NCBI GenBank assembly: GCA_963801355.1
Contig: CAWDEM010000008.1
Location: forward strand, 2,400,001 to 2,464,000
Length of the DNA: 64,000 nt
Direction: 5' to 3'
DNA from: Ignavibacteriota bacterium
GTDB lineage: Bacteria; Bacteroidota; Ignavibacteria; UBA10030; UBA6906
The notes under the pieces were generated by a model. That model was given only the letters and a program-made list of their open reading frames with translations, made no database searches and had not been told where the DNA came from. The position numbers and the translations under genes were made by a program. This document shows, in pieces, positions 39,910 to 51,596 of this stretch (within the stretch, counting starts at the first letter, position 1; each line of letters opens with the position of its first letter).

Positions 39910-42903
39910 TCAAGGGCGGGCAAGCTCCCGGCGCAGAAATTCAGCTGTTGCAGATTCCGGGGCTTCGGCGATTTCCTCCGGTGATCCTTCCGCAACAATC
40001 CGTCCTCCTGCTGCCCCTCCCCCCGGACCCATGTCAATCACCCAATCGGCCATCTTGATAACGTCGAGGTTATGCTCGATGACAATAACCGTATTGCCCT
40101 TGTCCACAAGGCGGTTCAGAACTCCCAGCAGCATCCGGACATCCTCAAAATGCAGGCCCGTGGTGGGTTCATCCAGAATGTACAAGGTATGTCCTGTGCC
40201 TACCTTGGAAAGCTCTGTCGACAGCTTGATGCGCTGGGCTTCGCCTCCGCTGAGTGTCGTGGCCTGCTGCCCGATACGGATGTACCCGAGGCCGACATCG
40301 AAAAGAGTCCGGAGCTTACGCTGTATGGAAGGGATATCCTGGAAGAACGGAAGCGCCTCGGCCACGGTCATTTCCAGCACATCCGCAATCGACTTGCCCT
40401 TAAAGACAACCTGCAAGGTTTCCCGGTTGTAACGGCGCCCCTTGCATACATCGCATTGAACATACACGTCGGGCAGGAAGTTCATTTCAATCCTGCGTAC
40501 GCCGTCGCCTTCACAGCGATCGCACCGCCCACCCTTCACATTGAAACTGAACCTCCCCGGCTTGTAGCCGCGGATTTTGGCTTCCGGCAACTGCGCAAAG
40601 AGATCGCGGACAGGGGCAAAGAGGCCCGTGTAGGTGGCCGGGTTCGAACGTGGTGTGCGCCCGATGGGGGACTGATCGATGTCGATCACTTTGTCAATCT
40701 CTTCAATGCCGCGCACCTTCGTATAGGGAAGCGGAACTGCCTTCGCCCTGTAGTACTTCCGCGCGAGGAGACGGTACAGCGTCTCATCGATGAGCGAAGA
40801 CTTGCCGGACCCGCTGACACCTGTGACTGCAATAAATACCCCTAACGGGATGCGGGCAGTTACCTGACGGAGATTGTTGCCTGATGCGCCCTCGAGGATA
40901 ATTGCCTTGCCATTCCCCGTCCTGCGCTCCCCCGGGAGCGCGATCCGCTTCCGCCCCTGAAGGTAGTGTGCGGTGTACGATATGGGTTCGAATCCCTGAT
41001 CGTGTACCCGGAGCGCATCGTTTCTCAACGCAAGGCCGCCGGGAGGGCCGGCCGTCACCAATGCTCCGCCGTGTTCACCCGCACCAGGCCCGAGGTCAAT
41101 AACATAGTCCGCGCTCTCGATCATCTCGCGGTCATGCTCCACGACAATCAGCGTATTCCCCAGGTCACGAAGGTACTTGAGCGATTCGATGAGCTTGCGA
41201 TTGTCACGCTGGTGCAGGCCAATGCTTGGTTCATCCAGGATATATAGCACCCCGACAAGTTGGGAGCCGATCTGGGTCGCAAGCCTGATCCGTTGTCCTT
41301 CTCCACCGGACAGCGTACGCGCCGAGCGATCCAGCGTCAGGTACTCCAGTCCGACATTGACGAGAAATTGCAGCCGTTCCCCAATTTCCTTGATCACCGG
41401 CCGGGCAATGGTCGTCAGACGTTCATTCAACTTGAGAGACCGGAACAGAGTAAGCGCGTCGTTGATCGGCAGGTGGACGATGTCGCTGATCGCATGAAGC
41501 TTCCCGGTGGCCTCATCGCGCAGCTTGACTGCAAGGTTCTCGCGCTTCAGCCGCCCGCCCTTGCACTCCCCGCAGGCAGTGGTATTCATGTAAGCCTCGA
41601 CCCACTCCCTGATGGTGTTGGACGAGGTCTCGGCATAGTAGTGTTTAAGGGTCTCGAGAATGCCGCCGAAGCGGTGCGTGTAGGTCACCGTGCGACCGCT
41701 GGAGTAGGTGTACTCGACGGCGAATCGTTCCTCCGCGCTGCCATAGAGGAGCACTTCGCGGGCTCTCTTCGACATCTTCCTGATCGGGAGATCAAAATCG
41801 AATCCGTACTTCTTCCCCACGGCGCGAATCTGATTGAAAAGCCACGTTTGTCTGGGCTTTCCCAGAGGAGCAAGGCCTTCCTGATTGATCGACCGGGAGT
41901 CATCCGGAATGATCAAATTGACATCCAGCTCCTTCACTTCGCCCAGGCCGTTGCACGCGGGACATGCGCCATACGGCGAATTGAACGAGAAGGCATTGGG
42001 TGCGGGCTCTTCGTAGCTGATATCGCAGACCGGACACGCGAGAAGACGGCTGAACATCGTTTCAGTGGGGACTCCTGCGGGGGCCGCAGCGGACCGCCGT
42101 TTCTTTCTGGTTGCAGCCGCCGCAGGCAGATCCGGGTTTTCCGGTTCCGGGCTCATGATCATCACCCCGTTGCCGAAGCGGAGTGCAACTTCGACGGAAT
42201 CCGCAATCCTGCTCCGCGCTTCGCTTCGCACCACGAGCCGGTCAACCACGATTTCGATGTCGTGTACCTTGTAACGGTCCGCCTGCAGCCCCTTGGCCAA
42301 TTCATGAACCACGCCGTCAATGCGGACCCGGATGAAGCCGTCACGGCTGATTTCCTCCAGCAGCTCGCGGTAGTGCCCTTTCCGCCCGCGCACGACCGGT
42401 GCAAGAATCAGCACCCGTGTGCCACCGGGGAGCTTCATGATACTGTCGATAATCTGGTCCGTACTTTGCTTCTGCACCGGTCCGCCGCATTTCCAGCAGT
42501 ACTGGGTGCCCGCACGGGCAAAGAGGAGGCGGAGATAATCGTAGATCTCCGTTACGGTGCCGACCGTGGATCGCGGGTTATGGCTGACGGTCTTTTGTTC
42601 GATGGAAATCGCCGGACTGAGCCCTTCGATGTAGTCCACATCGGGCCGTTCCATGACATCCAGGAACTGCCTGGCGTAGGCGGAGAGGCTGTCGACGAAG
42701 CGTCGCTGGCCTTCGGCGTAAATGGTATCAAAAGCGAGGCTGGATTTGCCGGAGCCCGACAGTCCGGTGATCACGACCAGGCGGTCGCGGGGGATATCGA
42801 CATCAATCCCCTTGAGATTGTGTTCCCGGGCGCCGCGGATGACAATCTGCTCTAGAGCATCGGTTCCGGGCTCGTGTGACATGGGCTGCGAATTCTTGAC
42901 CAT
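39910..42903 (-). CDS. uvrA: Excinuclease ABC subunit A
   Basis: Two ABC modules (GLSGSGKSS, GVSGSGKSS, LSGGE), zinc fingers. Start is ATG 42903 or 42882. Confidence 0.97.
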   Translation of the reverse strand: MVKNSQPMSHEPGTDALEQIVIRGAREHNLKGIDVDIPRDRLVVITGLSGSGKSSLAFDTIYAEGQRRFVDSLSAYARQFLDVMERPDVDYIEGLSPAISIEQKTVSHNPRSTVGTVTEIYDYLRLLFARAGTQYCWKCGGPVQKQSTDQIIDSIMKLPGGTRVLILAPVVRGRKGHYRELLEEISRDGFIRVRIDGVVHELAKGLQADRYKVHDIEIVVDRLVVRSEARSRIADSVEVALRFGNGVMIMSPEPENPDLPAAAATRKKRRSAAAPAGVPTETMFSRLLACPVCDISYEEPAPNAFSFNSPYGACPACNGLGEVKELDVNLIIPDDSRSINQEGLAPLGKPRQTWLFNQIRAVGKKYGFDFDLPIRKMSKRAREVLLYGSAEERFAVEYTYSSGRTVTYTHRFGGILETLKHYYAETSSNTIREWVEAYMNTTACGECKGGRLKRENLAVKLRDEATGKLHAISDIVHLPINDALTLFRSLKLNERLTTIARPVIKEIGERLQFLVNVGLEYLTLDRSARTLSGGEGQRIRLATQIGSQLVGVLYILDEPSIGLHQRDNRKLIESLKYLRDLGNTLIVVEHDREMIESADYVIDLGPGAGEHGGALVTAGPPGGLALRNDALRVHDQGFEPISYTAHYLQGRKRIALPGERRTGNGKAIILEGASGNNLRQVTARIPLGVFIAVTGVSGSGKSSLIDETLYRLLARKYYRAKAVPLPYTKVRGIEEIDKVIDIDQSPIGRTPRSNPATYTGLFAPVRDLFAQLPEAKIRGYKPGRFSFNVKGGRCDRCEGDGVRRIEMNFLPDVYVQCDVCKGRRYNRETLQVVFKGKSIADVLEMTVAEALPFFQDIPSIQRKLRTLFDVGLGYIRIGQQATTLSGGEAQRIKLSTELSKVGTGHTLYILDEPTTGLHFEDVRMLLGVLNRLVDKGNTVIVIEHNLDVIKMADWVIDMGPGGGAAGGRIVAEGSPEEIAEAPESATAEFLRRELARP

Positions 42904-42915
42904 TGGAGAAGAAAG

Positions 42916-42944
42916 AATGTACCACAATGGGGATCGAATTTCAA
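42916..42944 (-). promoter_or_regulatory. Putative sigma70 promoter for uvrA
   Basis: TTGAAA-17-TACATT with extended TG. Confidence 0.6.
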
Positions 42945-42953
42945 CCCGCTGGA

Positions 42954-43853
42954 TTAATGCACCCGCTCGCGTTTGCTGAGGTATTCGATGAGGGCGACGT
43001 CAAATGGAGTGCGGGTGTCGAGGAGGACGTAGTCGATGTGATGCTCCCGGCATTCCCGCTTGTACCGCTCGATGAAGCCGCGGAACGCTTCACGGTAGCC
43101 GGTGCGGATATGCCACGGTTGGGTGGCAAGCATCTCCGCCGTCTCAAGATCGCGGAATGTGGCATCGTGGTCGAACGCGAAGCTCCGTTCCAGAGGATCC
43201 AGCACATGCATGACGATCACTTCGTTCTTCTTATGACGGAAATGCTTGAGGGCCGCGATCACCTGATCGGGATCATCCAGTAAATCACTCAGGATGATCA
43301 CCAGTCCCCTCCGCCGTATGTGTTCCGCCACGAGGTGCAGCGATCGCCCGGCCGCCGTCCCCTTTCCCCCGGTGATCTGCTGCAATGTCAGCAACAATTG
43401 CTTGAGATACGGTCTGGTCGCATGCGGCGGGAGGAACGATGTGATAGATTCGTCAAATGTGGCCAGGCCCACCGCGTCCTGCTGCTTCACCATCATGTAG
43501 GCAAGGGATGCGGCGAGATACGAGGCATATTCAAGTTTCGGCATCTGGCCGGCGGACGCGTACGTCATGGACTTGCTGGTATCCAGGATCAGGTACGCTT
43601 TGAGGTTGGTTTCTTCTTCGTACTGCTTTATGTAGAACCGGTCGGTCCGGCCGTAGATCTTCCAGTCCACGTGCCGGATTTCATCGCCGGGCAGGTAGGG
43701 ACGATGTTCTGCGAACTCCACGCTGAACCCGTGATACGGGCTGCGGTGCAGTCCCGCAATGAAGCCTTCCACCACGAGACGGGCGCGGAGCTCCATGTTC
43801 GCCAGGGTCGAAACAACCTGCGGCAACAGGTATTTCCTGTAGTCATCCTGCAT
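42954..43853 (-). CDS. DUF58 (vWA-like, MoxR-associated) protein
   Basis: GLHRSPYHGFSVEFAEHRPYLPGD.IR.VDWK, LDTSKSM, LSDL. Confidence 0.9.
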   Translation of the reverse strand: MQDDYRKYLLPQVVSTLANMELRARLVVEGFIAGLHRSPYHGFSVEFAEHRPYLPGDEIRHVDWKIYGRTDRFYIKQYEEETNLKAYLILDTSKSMTYASAGQMPKLEYASYLAASLAYMMVKQQDAVGLATFDESITSFLPPHATRPYLKQLLLTLQQITGGKGTAAGRSLHLVAEHIRRRGLVIILSDLLDDPDQVIAALKHFRHKKNEVIVMHVLDPLERSFAFDHDATFRDLETAEMLATQPWHIRTGYREAFRGFIERYKRECREHHIDYVLLDTRTPFDVALIEYLSKRERVH

Positions 43854-43899
43854 GACGTGCTCTTACCGTCGATTTCCTGTACACGGAAACGCCGGTGCG

Positions 43900-44448
43900 C
43901 TAATGAGGCTTCGTCGCGACCTGCGGTTTCGCCGGAGCCGGGGGGAGAAGCTCTTCTGGCTTCTTTCCCAGCGTATTCAACTCGTATTGTGCCGAGCTCG
44001 CCAGTTCGGCATCGGGAAAACGTTCCAGAAAGCGCTGGTATGCGGCCTTCGCGCTGTCCAGCATGTTCAGGTTGTTGTTGTAGATATACCCGATCATGAA
44101 CATTGCCGTCTGTGCCTTCGGCGTGGAAGGGAATGCCGCCACGTACCGGCGGAATGCATCAACCGCTTTCTCCGGATTGTCCATCACACCGGCCTGCAAT
44201 TCTGCAACCTTGAACAATGCCTGTTCCGCTTCGGGCGATCCGGGGTGTTCCCCGAAGACCTTCTCGTATTCGGAGATCACCGGCGCAAACTCCCCATGCA
44301 CGTCGGCCTTCGTGCCAAGGCTGTCGATCACATGTTGGGCGCGCTGCTGGGCTTCCTGTGCCTGCTGCAACAGCTCCGGCGCAGTTTTCGTGCTACACCC
44401 GATGCACGTCAGGAGCGTGACGGTGAGAAGAACGACCGGATACTTCAT
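43900..44448 (-). CDS. Tetratricopeptide-repeat lipoprotein
   Basis: Lipobox-like CIGC; TPR motifs AEQALFKVA, AMFMIGYIY, FLERFP. Confidence 0.8.
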   Translation of the reverse strand: MKYPVVLLTVTLLTCIGCSTKTAPELLQQAQEAQQRAQHVIDSLGTKADVHGEFAPVISEYEKVFGEHPGSPEAEQALFKVAELQAGVMDNPEKAVDAFRRYVAAFPSTPKAQTAMFMIGYIYNNNLNMLDSAKAAYQRFLERFPDAELASSAQYELNTLGKKPEELLPPAPAKPQVATKPH

Positions 44449-44498
44449 GGATCACCTCAATTGAGAATGGCAGGTTGCTGAAATTTCACGTCTCTGGT

Positions 44499-44527
44499 AA
44501 CCTAGGAAAAGTCACACTGAACTGCAA
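44499..44527 (-). promoter_or_regulatory. Putative sigma70 promoter for the TPR-DUF58 genes
   Basis: TTGCAG-17-TAGGTT. Confidence 0.4.
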
Positions 44528-44535
44528 CGACACGT

Positions 44536-45888
44536 TCACACACGGCCTTCATCTCTCACCATCACCGCGGCAAAAAAGCCATCTGTGCCGTTACGGTGTG
44601 GATAGAGCTGGAGATAGGGTGACGATCGATCAGCGGTAATTCCCCAGCGCGTCAGGATCTCCGCGGAAGACTGAAGCGAAAATTCCGGGTGTCCGGCGAG
44701 AAACCGCGACACGACATCTTCGTTCTCCTTCCGGAGCAGCGTGCATGTGGAGTACACGAGCCTTCCTCCCGGCATTACCAGAGCTGCCCCTGCATCCAGC
44801 AGTTCCCCCTGCTGCGCGTTGAGTTGTGCCGAACGTTCTTCTGTGTAGGTGGTTTTGAGCGACGGATTGCGTCTGACCGTGCCGATCGCCGAACAGGGAG
44901 CATCGACCAGCACGCCGTGCGCTTTCCCCCGCAGCCGGGCAATGGCGGCCCCGTCGCGTCGTGCCGACAGGACCATCTGCACTTTCGCCCCGGCACGCTC
45001 AGCGCGTTCCACGAGGTGACGGAGCTTGCGGTCATCAATATCAATTGCGACCAGCCTGCCCCGGTTCTCCATGAGCGCGGCGAGATGGAGGGTCTTTCCT
45101 CCGCCCCCTGCACATGCGTCAACCACAGTCATCCCGGGCTGAGGATGCAGCAGCAACGACAGGAGCTGGCTCCCTTCATCCTGCATTTCAAACATCCCTT
45201 CGCGGTATGGCCGGAGGTTCTCCAGTGTGAGGCGTTTCGACAGCACCAGCGCGAATGGCGAACAGGTGCCCTTGACGGTATCCACGCCGGCTGCGGTCAG
45301 GAGTTGCCGGCACTGATCGACAGTCCCCTTGAGCGTGTTCACGCGGATGGCCAGCGGCGCCTGCGTGTTCAACGACGCTGCCAGCGCCTCCGCTTCTTCA
45401 GCCCCCATCCGCTCAATCCATTCACGGATGATGCTATCGGGAAAAGAATGGACCGTGGCGATGCGGGTAAGGGGTGAGTCAAGCAGCTCGGCGGGGATCC
45501 GGGAGGTCAACAGCATCGCAGGGAATTCGGGCGGCAATTTGCCGGCAAGCGAAGAAGAAATGTACTCCGCAAGCGCAGCGGATATCTCAGCAGCGCCGGC
45601 GTGCTCCACGTGCATCTCATGTGCGGCCACCAGCAAAGAGCACGACTCCGGGAGGGTGAGGTTGACGGGATCCGTCAACGTGCGGCACGCGGCCCGGACA
45701 AGCTGATCCAGGAGGCGGCTGTGCCGGAGAGAGCCGTATACCATACGCGCGATCTCGCGGCGGTCACGGGCACCAAGGTACCGGCGCTCACGGAAAAAGT
45801 CCGCCATCACACCGTCAGCCGGCCGATGACCTCCGTGGATACGGCTCAGCGCCTCGGCTGCATGACCCAGAAGAGAGGATGGTTTCAC
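44536..45888 (-). CDS. RsmB/NOP family RNA (cytosine-C5) methyltransferase
   Basis: QDEGSQ, DACAGGGGKT, VDAPCS, YSTCT..ENE, TDGFFAA. Confidence 0.92.
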   Translation of the reverse strand: MKPSSLLGHAAEALSRIHGGHRPADGVMADFFRERRYLGARDRREIARMVYGSLRHSRLLDQLVRAACRTLTDPVNLTLPESCSLLVAAHEMHVEHAGAAEISAALAEYISSSLAGKLPPEFPAMLLTSRIPAELLDSPLTRIATVHSFPDSIIREWIERMGAEEAEALAASLNTQAPLAIRVNTLKGTVDQCRQLLTAAGVDTVKGTCSPFALVLSKRLTLENLRPYREGMFEMQDEGSQLLSLLLHPQPGMTVVDACAGGGGKTLHLAALMENRGRLVAIDIDDRKLRHLVERAERAGAKVQMVLSARRDGAAIARLRGKAHGVLVDAPCSAIGTVRRNPSLKTTYTEERSAQLNAQQGELLDAGAALVMPGGRLVYSTCTLLRKENEDVVSRFLAGHPEFSLQSSAEILTRWGITADRSSPYLQLYPHRNGTDGFFAAVMVRDEGRV

Positions 45889-46814
45889 GCTTCAACGACG
45901 GGCAATCGCATTGAGGAGACCTGGTAGGCACGGGCCATGCGGGGCGTGTTGAACGCTATACCGACTTCACCACGGGGATTCAGTGCGATGATGCCCCCGT
46001 ACCCCCGGGTCTTTTTTTCGAGAATTCTGAGGGCATCCTGTACGGCTTCCGTGGGAGTCATGCGCTTCAGCTCCATCAGATCCACGACTGTCTTGGCCAT
46101 GACCACTTTGATCATCGCTTCGCCCCAGCCGGATGTGGACACCGCGCCGATGTTGTTGTCGGCATAGGTACCACATCCGATGAGCGGCGAATCGCCCACC
46201 CTGCCGGGAAACTTGTTGGGAATGCCGCCGGTAGACGTGCCGGCAGCAACGGCACCTTTGATGTCCAATGCGACGGCACCGACCGTCCCGGATGGCTGGC
46301 GTTTCTTGCGGAAGGCATCCTTTGTAGTGAATTCTCCATCGGACTGCAATGTGCGCCAGCGGTCAAGCTCACGGGATGTGATCAGGTCATCCTGGCTGCA
46401 GGTCGGGATCCTGTGTTCACGTGCAAAGCGGGTCGCCCCCAGACCAACGAGCAGAACATGCTCGCTCTTTTCCATGATCGCCCGGGCCAGTGTGATCGGG
46501 TGGGGAATATTCTGCACCGCCGCCACCGCGCCGGCCTGGAAGCCAACACCACTCATGATGCTCGCATCCAACTCCACTTCGCCGGCGGCATTAATGAACG
46601 AACCGCGCCCCGCATCGAACGTCTCATCCTCCTCCATGACCACGATTGCCTGTTCGACGGCATCAACCGCGGAGCCGTTCTTTCGCAGCACCTCCCACCC
46701 GGCTCTGATCGCCGCCCGGAGCCCCCGTTTGTGGGGCTCAACGAGCTCATCGGGAATGTCCCACGCCCCGCCATGGAGCACGAGCGCAAGATGTTGTCTG
46801 TCCGGGGTCTTCAT
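45885..46814 (-). CDS. iaaA: Isoaspartyl peptidase/L-asparaginase (Ntn hydrolase)
   Basis: HGGAW, ELDASIM, GTVGAVA, TSTGG, GRVGDSP, SGWGE. Confidence 0.9.
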   Translation of the reverse strand: MKTPDRQHLALVLHGGAWDIPDELVEPHKRGLRAAIRAGWEVLRKNGSAVDAVEQAIVVMEEDETFDAGRGSFINAAGEVELDASIMSGVGFQAGAVAAVQNIPHPITLARAIMEKSEHVLLVGLGATRFAREHRIPTCSQDDLITSRELDRWRTLQSDGEFTTKDAFRKKRQPSGTVGAVALDIKGAVAAGTSTGGIPNKFPGRVGDSPLIGCGTYADNNIGAVSTSGWGEAMIKVVMAKTVVDLMELKRMTPTEAVQDALRILEKKTRGYGGIIALNPRGEVGIAFNTPRMARAYQVSSMRLPVVEA

Positions 46815-46825
46815 AAAGTCGTTTG

Positions 46826-46854
46826 AAGATACAAATACCCCGCATCGGATTCAA
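46826..46854 (-). promoter_or_regulatory. Putative sigma70 promoter for iaaA and the RsmB-family gene
   Basis: TTGAAT-17-TATCTT, 11 nt before ATG 46814. Confidence 0.55.
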
Positions 46855-46893
46855 GGAATCGAATCTTCGCTACAGCCGGCGGCGGGAACGCGG

Positions 46894-49515
46894 TTACTTC
46901 CGTTGGAACGATATCACTCCCTCCTGGCCGAGGCCGACCACCACAGTATCTCCCTCTGCGAAGGCCCCTTTGAGGATCTGTTCCGACAGTGGATTGATCA
47001 CATGTTTCTGGATCATGCGCTTGAGGGGACGCGCACCGAACATCGGATCGTACCCCAACTTTGCGAGCCAGTCCTGCGCCTCATCCGTCACCACGAGATG
47101 CAGACCCTTCTTTTCCATGAGATTATTGACACGATCCATCTGCAGACGCACGATCGAACGGATATCCTCCCGGCGCAGCGGGCGGAAGATGATGATCTCG
47201 TCGATCCTGTTCAGGAATTCCGGCCTGATCGTCTGTTTGAGGAGCTGCAGCAGCTCGCTCTTCAGGTCCGCAAAGACATCGTCCCATTGCTCGTTCGATC
47301 CGAAATCTGCCGCAACCCGTTCGCTGATCAGCTGGGAGCCCAAATTGCTGGTCATGATGATGATCGTGTTCTTGAAGTCGACCGTCTTCCCTTTGCTGTC
47401 GGTCAACCGTCCCTCATCCAGCACCTGGAGCAGCACATTGAAGACTTCCGGATGTGCTTTTTCGATTTCATCAAGGAGCACGACGGCATAGGGTTTGCGT
47501 CTGACCGCTTCGGTGAGCTGGCCTCCTTCGTCGTAGCCGACATAGCCGGGAGGCGCACCGATAAGGCGGGACACGGAGAATTTTTCCATGTACTCGCTCA
47601 TGTCGATACGCACCATGGCGTTCTCGTCGTTGAAAAGAAACTCCGCCAGGGCTCGCGCCAGCTCGGTTTTTCCGACGCCGGTACTGCCGAGGAAAATGAA
47701 CGAGCCGATGGGCCGCTTGGCATCCTGGAGGCCGGCGCGCGAGCGCCTGATGGCGTTGCTCACCCCGGTCACCGCTTCATCCTGCCCTATCACACGCTGA
47801 TGGAGGCGCTCCTCAAGGTGCAGCAGCTTCTGACGGTCGCTCTCCAGCATCCGCGTGACAGGTATGCCCGTCCACCGGGCGACGATCTCCGCGATGTCCT
47901 CGGCATCCACCTCCTCTTTCAGCATCTTCTGGTCCTTCTGGATCTCTTGAAGCTTCGTCGACGCCTCCTTGATCTTCCGCTCGAGGCCGGTCAACACACC
48001 ATACCGGAGTTCCGCCACACGGCCCAGGTCCCCTTCGCGCTCCTTCTGTTCCGCCTCCTGCTTGGCCGCGTCCATTTCTTCTTTCATTTTGCGGATGGAG
48101 AGGATCAGATCCTTTTCGAGCTGCCAGTGTGCGCGGAGGCCTGACCGGAGTTGTTGCTGCTCCGCGATTTCCTGCTCGATGACCTCGAGGCGTTCGCGCG
48201 ATGCATCATCATGTTCACGCCGGATGGCTTCCCGCTCGATCTCCAGCTGCTTGATCCGCCGTTCGACGTCGTCCAGCTCTTCAGGCATCGAATCGATCTC
48301 GATGCGCAGCTTCGCCGCAGCTTCGTCTACCAGGTCGATCGCCTTGTCAGGCAGAAAGCGGTCCGCGATGTATCTGTGACTGAGCTGGGCCGCTGCCACC
48401 AGCGCCCCGTCAGTGATCCGCACGCCGTGGTGTACTTCGTACCGCTCCTTCAGTCCCCGGAGTATGGACACCGTGTCTTCGACGCTCGGCTCGTCGATCA
48501 AGACCGGCTGGAACCGGCGTTCCAGCGCCGCGTCCTTCTCGATGTACTTGCGGTATTCATCGATGGTGGTGGCGCCGATGGCCCGGAGCGCACCCTTCGC
48601 GAGAGCCGGTTTGAGCATGTTGGCTGCGTCCACGGCACCCTGTGCCGCGCCGGCACCGACAAGCGTGTGCAGTTCGTCAATGAACAGAATGATCTCGCCC
48701 TGCGATTCCTCAACTTCCTTCAGCAACGCTTTGAGCCGCTCTTCGAACTGCCCACGGAAGCTGGTTCCTGCAATGAGCGATCCCATATCAAGAGCGACGA
48801 TCCGCCGGTTCTTCAGGGATTCCGGCACATCGCCCTTGACAATCCGGTTTGCGATCCCTTCCGCAATCGCGGTTTTGCCGACACCGGGTTCACCGATGAG
48901 GACCGGGTTGTTTTTTGTCCGGCGGGAAAGGACCTGGAGGACGCGCCGGATCTCTTCGTCGCGGCCGATGACCGGATCCATCTTGCCCTTGCGGGCGAGT
49001 TCGTTCAGGTCACGCCCGTAGCGCTGTAGTGCCTGATATTTGTCTTCTGGATTCTGATCGGTCACCCGCTGTGAGCCACGGATCTCTTTGAGCACTTGAA
49101 GAACCGCCTCTTTTGTCACTCCCTGGTCCTGCAGTAACCTGCCTGCCGGTGATTCGGGATTCGTCACAAGGCCGAGGAGCAGATGCTCCGTGCTGACATA
49201 CTCGTCTTTCAGATCCTGGGCTTCCTTAAGGGCGCGTTCAAACACACGGCCCAGTGTAGAGGACATGCCCTGCTGGCCCAGTGATCCGCCGCTCACCTTG
49301 GGGAGACGGTCAATGAGTTCGTTGAGCTTGATCTTGATATAGCTCAGGTTCGCACCTGCCTTCTGCACGATGGGCGGAACCGTGCCGCCCGCATCCTGGA
49401 CGAGTGCGGCAAGAAGGTGCTCGGGTTCAATGGCCTGGTTCGCGTAACTGGAAGCGATCTCCTGTGCATTTTGCACCGCTTCCTGGGATTTAATGGTGAA
49501 TTTGTTGAAGTTCAT
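46894..49515 (-). CDS. clpB: ATP-dependent disaggregase ClpB
   Basis: Two AAA+ domains ([16 protein letters not shown]) and a long middle coiled coil with AELRYG. Confidence 0.97.
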   Translation of the reverse strand: MNFNKFTIKSQEAVQNAQEIASSYANQAIEPEHLLAALVQDAGGTVPPIVQKAGANLSYIKIKLNELIDRLPKVSGGSLGQQGMSSTLGRVFERALKEAQDLKDEYVSTEHLLLGLVTNPESPAGRLLQDQGVTKEAVLQVLKEIRGSQRVTDQNPEDKYQALQRYGRDLNELARKGKMDPVIGRDEEIRRVLQVLSRRTKNNPVLIGEPGVGKTAIAEGIANRIVKGDVPESLKNRRIVALDMGSLIAGTSFRGQFEERLKALLKEVEESQGEIILFIDELHTLVGAGAAQGAVDAANMLKPALAKGALRAIGATTIDEYRKYIEKDAALERRFQPVLIDEPSVEDTVSILRGLKERYEVHHGVRITDGALVAAAQLSHRYIADRFLPDKAIDLVDEAAAKLRIEIDSMPEELDDVERRIKQLEIEREAIRREHDDASRERLEVIEQEIAEQQQLRSGLRAHWQLEKDLILSIRKMKEEMDAAKQEAEQKEREGDLGRVAELRYGVLTGLERKIKEASTKLQEIQKDQKMLKEEVDAEDIAEIVARWTGIPVTRMLESDRQKLLHLEERLHQRVIGQDEAVTGVSNAIRRSRAGLQDAKRPIGSFIFLGSTGVGKTELARALAEFLFNDENAMVRIDMSEYMEKFSVSRLIGAPPGYVGYDEGGQLTEAVRRKPYAVVLLDEIEKAHPEVFNVLLQVLDEGRLTDSKGKTVDFKNTIIIMTSNLGSQLISERVAADFGSNEQWDDVFADLKSELLQLLKQTIRPEFLNRIDEIIIFRPLRREDIRSIVRLQMDRVNNLMEKKGLHLVVTDEAQDWLAKLGYDPMFGARPLKRMIQKHVINPLSEQILKGAFAEGDTVVVGLGQEGVISFQRK

Positions 49516-49540
49516 ATTCTTTCTCTCTTTCCATCAGTGT

Positions 49541-49571
49541 GCAAAAGGCGAGGTATCACCTCGCCTTTTGC
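49541..49571. terminator. Perfect hairpin between dnaK and clpB (terminator-like on both strands)
   Basis: GCAAAAGGCGAGGT-atc-ACCTCGCCTTTTGC, 14-bp stem. Confidence 0.7.
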
Positions 49572-49624
49572 CGGTCCCACGACGCATGCCATGCCGGCCT
49601 GCGGTTCACGGACGGTTCTCCTGA

Positions 49625-51547
49625 TTACTTCTTGTCGTCCATGACCTCGAAGTCCGCGTCCTCAACCTTCTTGTCATCCCCCTTCGGAGGTGCGCCGCCC
49701 GCCTGCTCTTGCTGCTGGCCTGCCTGTTGCTGCCCGCCTGCAGCGGTTGCCTGCTGATACATCTGCGTGGATGCTTCATTCCACGCCGTGTTCAGGGCTT
49801 CCATTGCAGGCTTGATCGTGGAGGCATTGTTGCTCTTAATGGCCTCCTTGAGGGCGCTGTTTGCACTTTCAATCTTTGAACGTACGTCGCTGGTGATCTT
49901 CTCGCCGAACTCCTTCAGCTGTTTCTCGGTCTGGAATGTCAGGTTGTCCGCCTGGTTCCGGAGTTCAATCTCCTCCTTCTTCTTCCTGTCGTCGGAGGAA
50001 TGTTCCTGGGCCTCCCGCTTCATTTTCTCCACCTCTTCCTTGCTCAAGCCGCTGGAGGATGTGATGCGGATCGATTGCTCTTTGGCGGTCGCCTTATCCT
50101 TCGCCGATACGTGCAGGATGCCGTTTGCGTCGATGTCAAACGTCACCTCAATCTGCGGAATGCCGCGCGGTGCCGGCGGGAGCCCGTCGAGGTGAAATCT
50201 TCCGAGTGTCCGGTTGTCGACAGCCATCGGACGCTCGCCCTGGAGGATGTGAATTTCCACAGATGTCTGGCTGTCCGCCGCCGTAGAAAAGACTTCGCTC
50301 TTTTTTGTCGGAATGGTCGTATTTGCATCGATCAGTTTTGTCATGACATTGCCCAGGGTTTCGATCCCCAGCGACAATGGAGTCACATCGAGCAAAAGCA
50401 CATCGGTGACGTCCCCGGCAAGCACACCACCCTGGATTGCAGCACCCACGGCCACGACCTCGTCGGGGTTGACCCCTTTGTGCGGCTCGCGTCCGAAGAT
50501 CTGGCGCACCACTTCCTGCACTTTGGGAACGCGCGTCATGCCGCCGACCAGAATGACTTCATCGATCTGGCCCGGCTGCAAACCTGCGTCCTTCAACGCG
50601 TGCTCGGTCGGCCCGAGTGTACGCTGGATAAGATCATCCACCAGCTGCTCGAACTTCGTCCGTGTAAGTGTCATGTTCAGGTGTTTCGGTCCGTCCGCCG
50701 TCGCCGTGATAAACGGGAGATTGATCTCTGTCTGCATGAGCGTCGACAGTTCCATCTTGGCCTTTTCCGAGCCTTCCCGCAGACGTTGCAGCGCCATCGG
50801 ATCCTTCCGCAGGTCGATCCCCTCCTGCTTCTTGAACTCATCGGCGACAAAGTCCACGATGCGCTGATCGAAATTGTCACCGCCGAGGTGTGTGTCGCCA
50901 TTCGTTGACTTCACTTCGAACACCCCGTCGCCCAGTTCAAGGATGGAGATATCGAACGTGCCTCCGCCAAGGTCGTAGATCGCAACTTTTGATTCGCGGT
51001 TCTTCTTGTCGAGGCCGTACGCTAGTGCAGCGGCTGTGGGTTCATTGATAATGCGGCGGACGGTCAGGCCGGCGATCTCACCTGCCTCTTTGGTTGCCTG
51101 GCGCTGCGCGTCGTTGAAATACGCAGGCACGGTAATCACCGCCTCTGTGACCTTCTGGCCGAGGTAGTCTTCCGCGGTCTGCTTCATCTTCTGGAGAATC
51201 ATCGCGCTGATTTCCGGCGGCGAATATATCCGGTCCCCGGCTTCCACGCGCGCCGTGTTGTTCTCCCCTTTCACCACCTTATAGGGGACAAGACGCATTT
51301 CTTCGTTCACTTCGTTGTAAAACCTGCCCATGAAGCGCTTGATGGAAAAAACAGTGTTCTGCGAGTTCGTCACGGCCTGACGTTTCGCTGCCTGTCCTAC
51401 AAGCCTTTCCCCGTTCTTGGCGAATGCGACGACTGACGGAGTCGTCCTTCCGCCTTCAGCGTTGGCGATAACCTGGGGATCGCTTCCCTCCATCACAGCA
51501 ACCACTGAATTTGTCGTTCCAAGGTCAATTCCGATAATCTTACCCAT
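49625..51547 (-). CDS. dnaK: Chaperone DnaK (Hsp70)
   Basis: [40 protein letters not shown]. Confidence 0.98.
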   Translation of the reverse strand: MGKIIGIDLGTTNSVVAVMEGSDPQVIANAEGGRTTPSVVAFAKNGERLVGQAAKRQAVTNSQNTVFSIKRFMGRFYNEVNEEMRLVPYKVVKGENNTARVEAGDRIYSPPEISAMILQKMKQTAEDYLGQKVTEAVITVPAYFNDAQRQATKEAGEIAGLTVRRIINEPTAAALAYGLDKKNRESKVAIYDLGGGTFDISILELGDGVFEVKSTNGDTHLGGDNFDQRIVDFVADEFKKQEGIDLRKDPMALQRLREGSEKAKMELSTLMQTEINLPFITATADGPKHLNMTLTRTKFEQLVDDLIQRTLGPTEHALKDAGLQPGQIDEVILVGGMTRVPKVQEVVRQIFGREPHKGVNPDEVVAVGAAIQGGVLAGDVTDVLLLDVTPLSLGIETLGNVMTKLIDANTTIPTKKSEVFSTAADSQTSVEIHILQGERPMAVDNRTLGRFHLDGLPPAPRGIPQIEVTFDIDANGILHVSAKDKATAKEQSIRITSSSGLSKEEVEKMKREAQEHSSDDRKKKEEIELRNQADNLTFQTEKQLKEFGEKITSDVRSKIESANSALKEAIKSNNASTIKPAMEALNTAWNEASTQMYQQATAAGGQQQAGQQQEQAGGAPPKGDDKKVEDADFEVMDDKK

Positions 51548-51596
51548 TGAAGTCTCTCCTTTTGAGAAATGTCAAAACGATATACAGACATAGGAA

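Noticed and set aside
28296-42950. SOS/LexA box upstream of ruv, mpg or uvrA
   Set aside because: No shared palindrome could be identified by eye.
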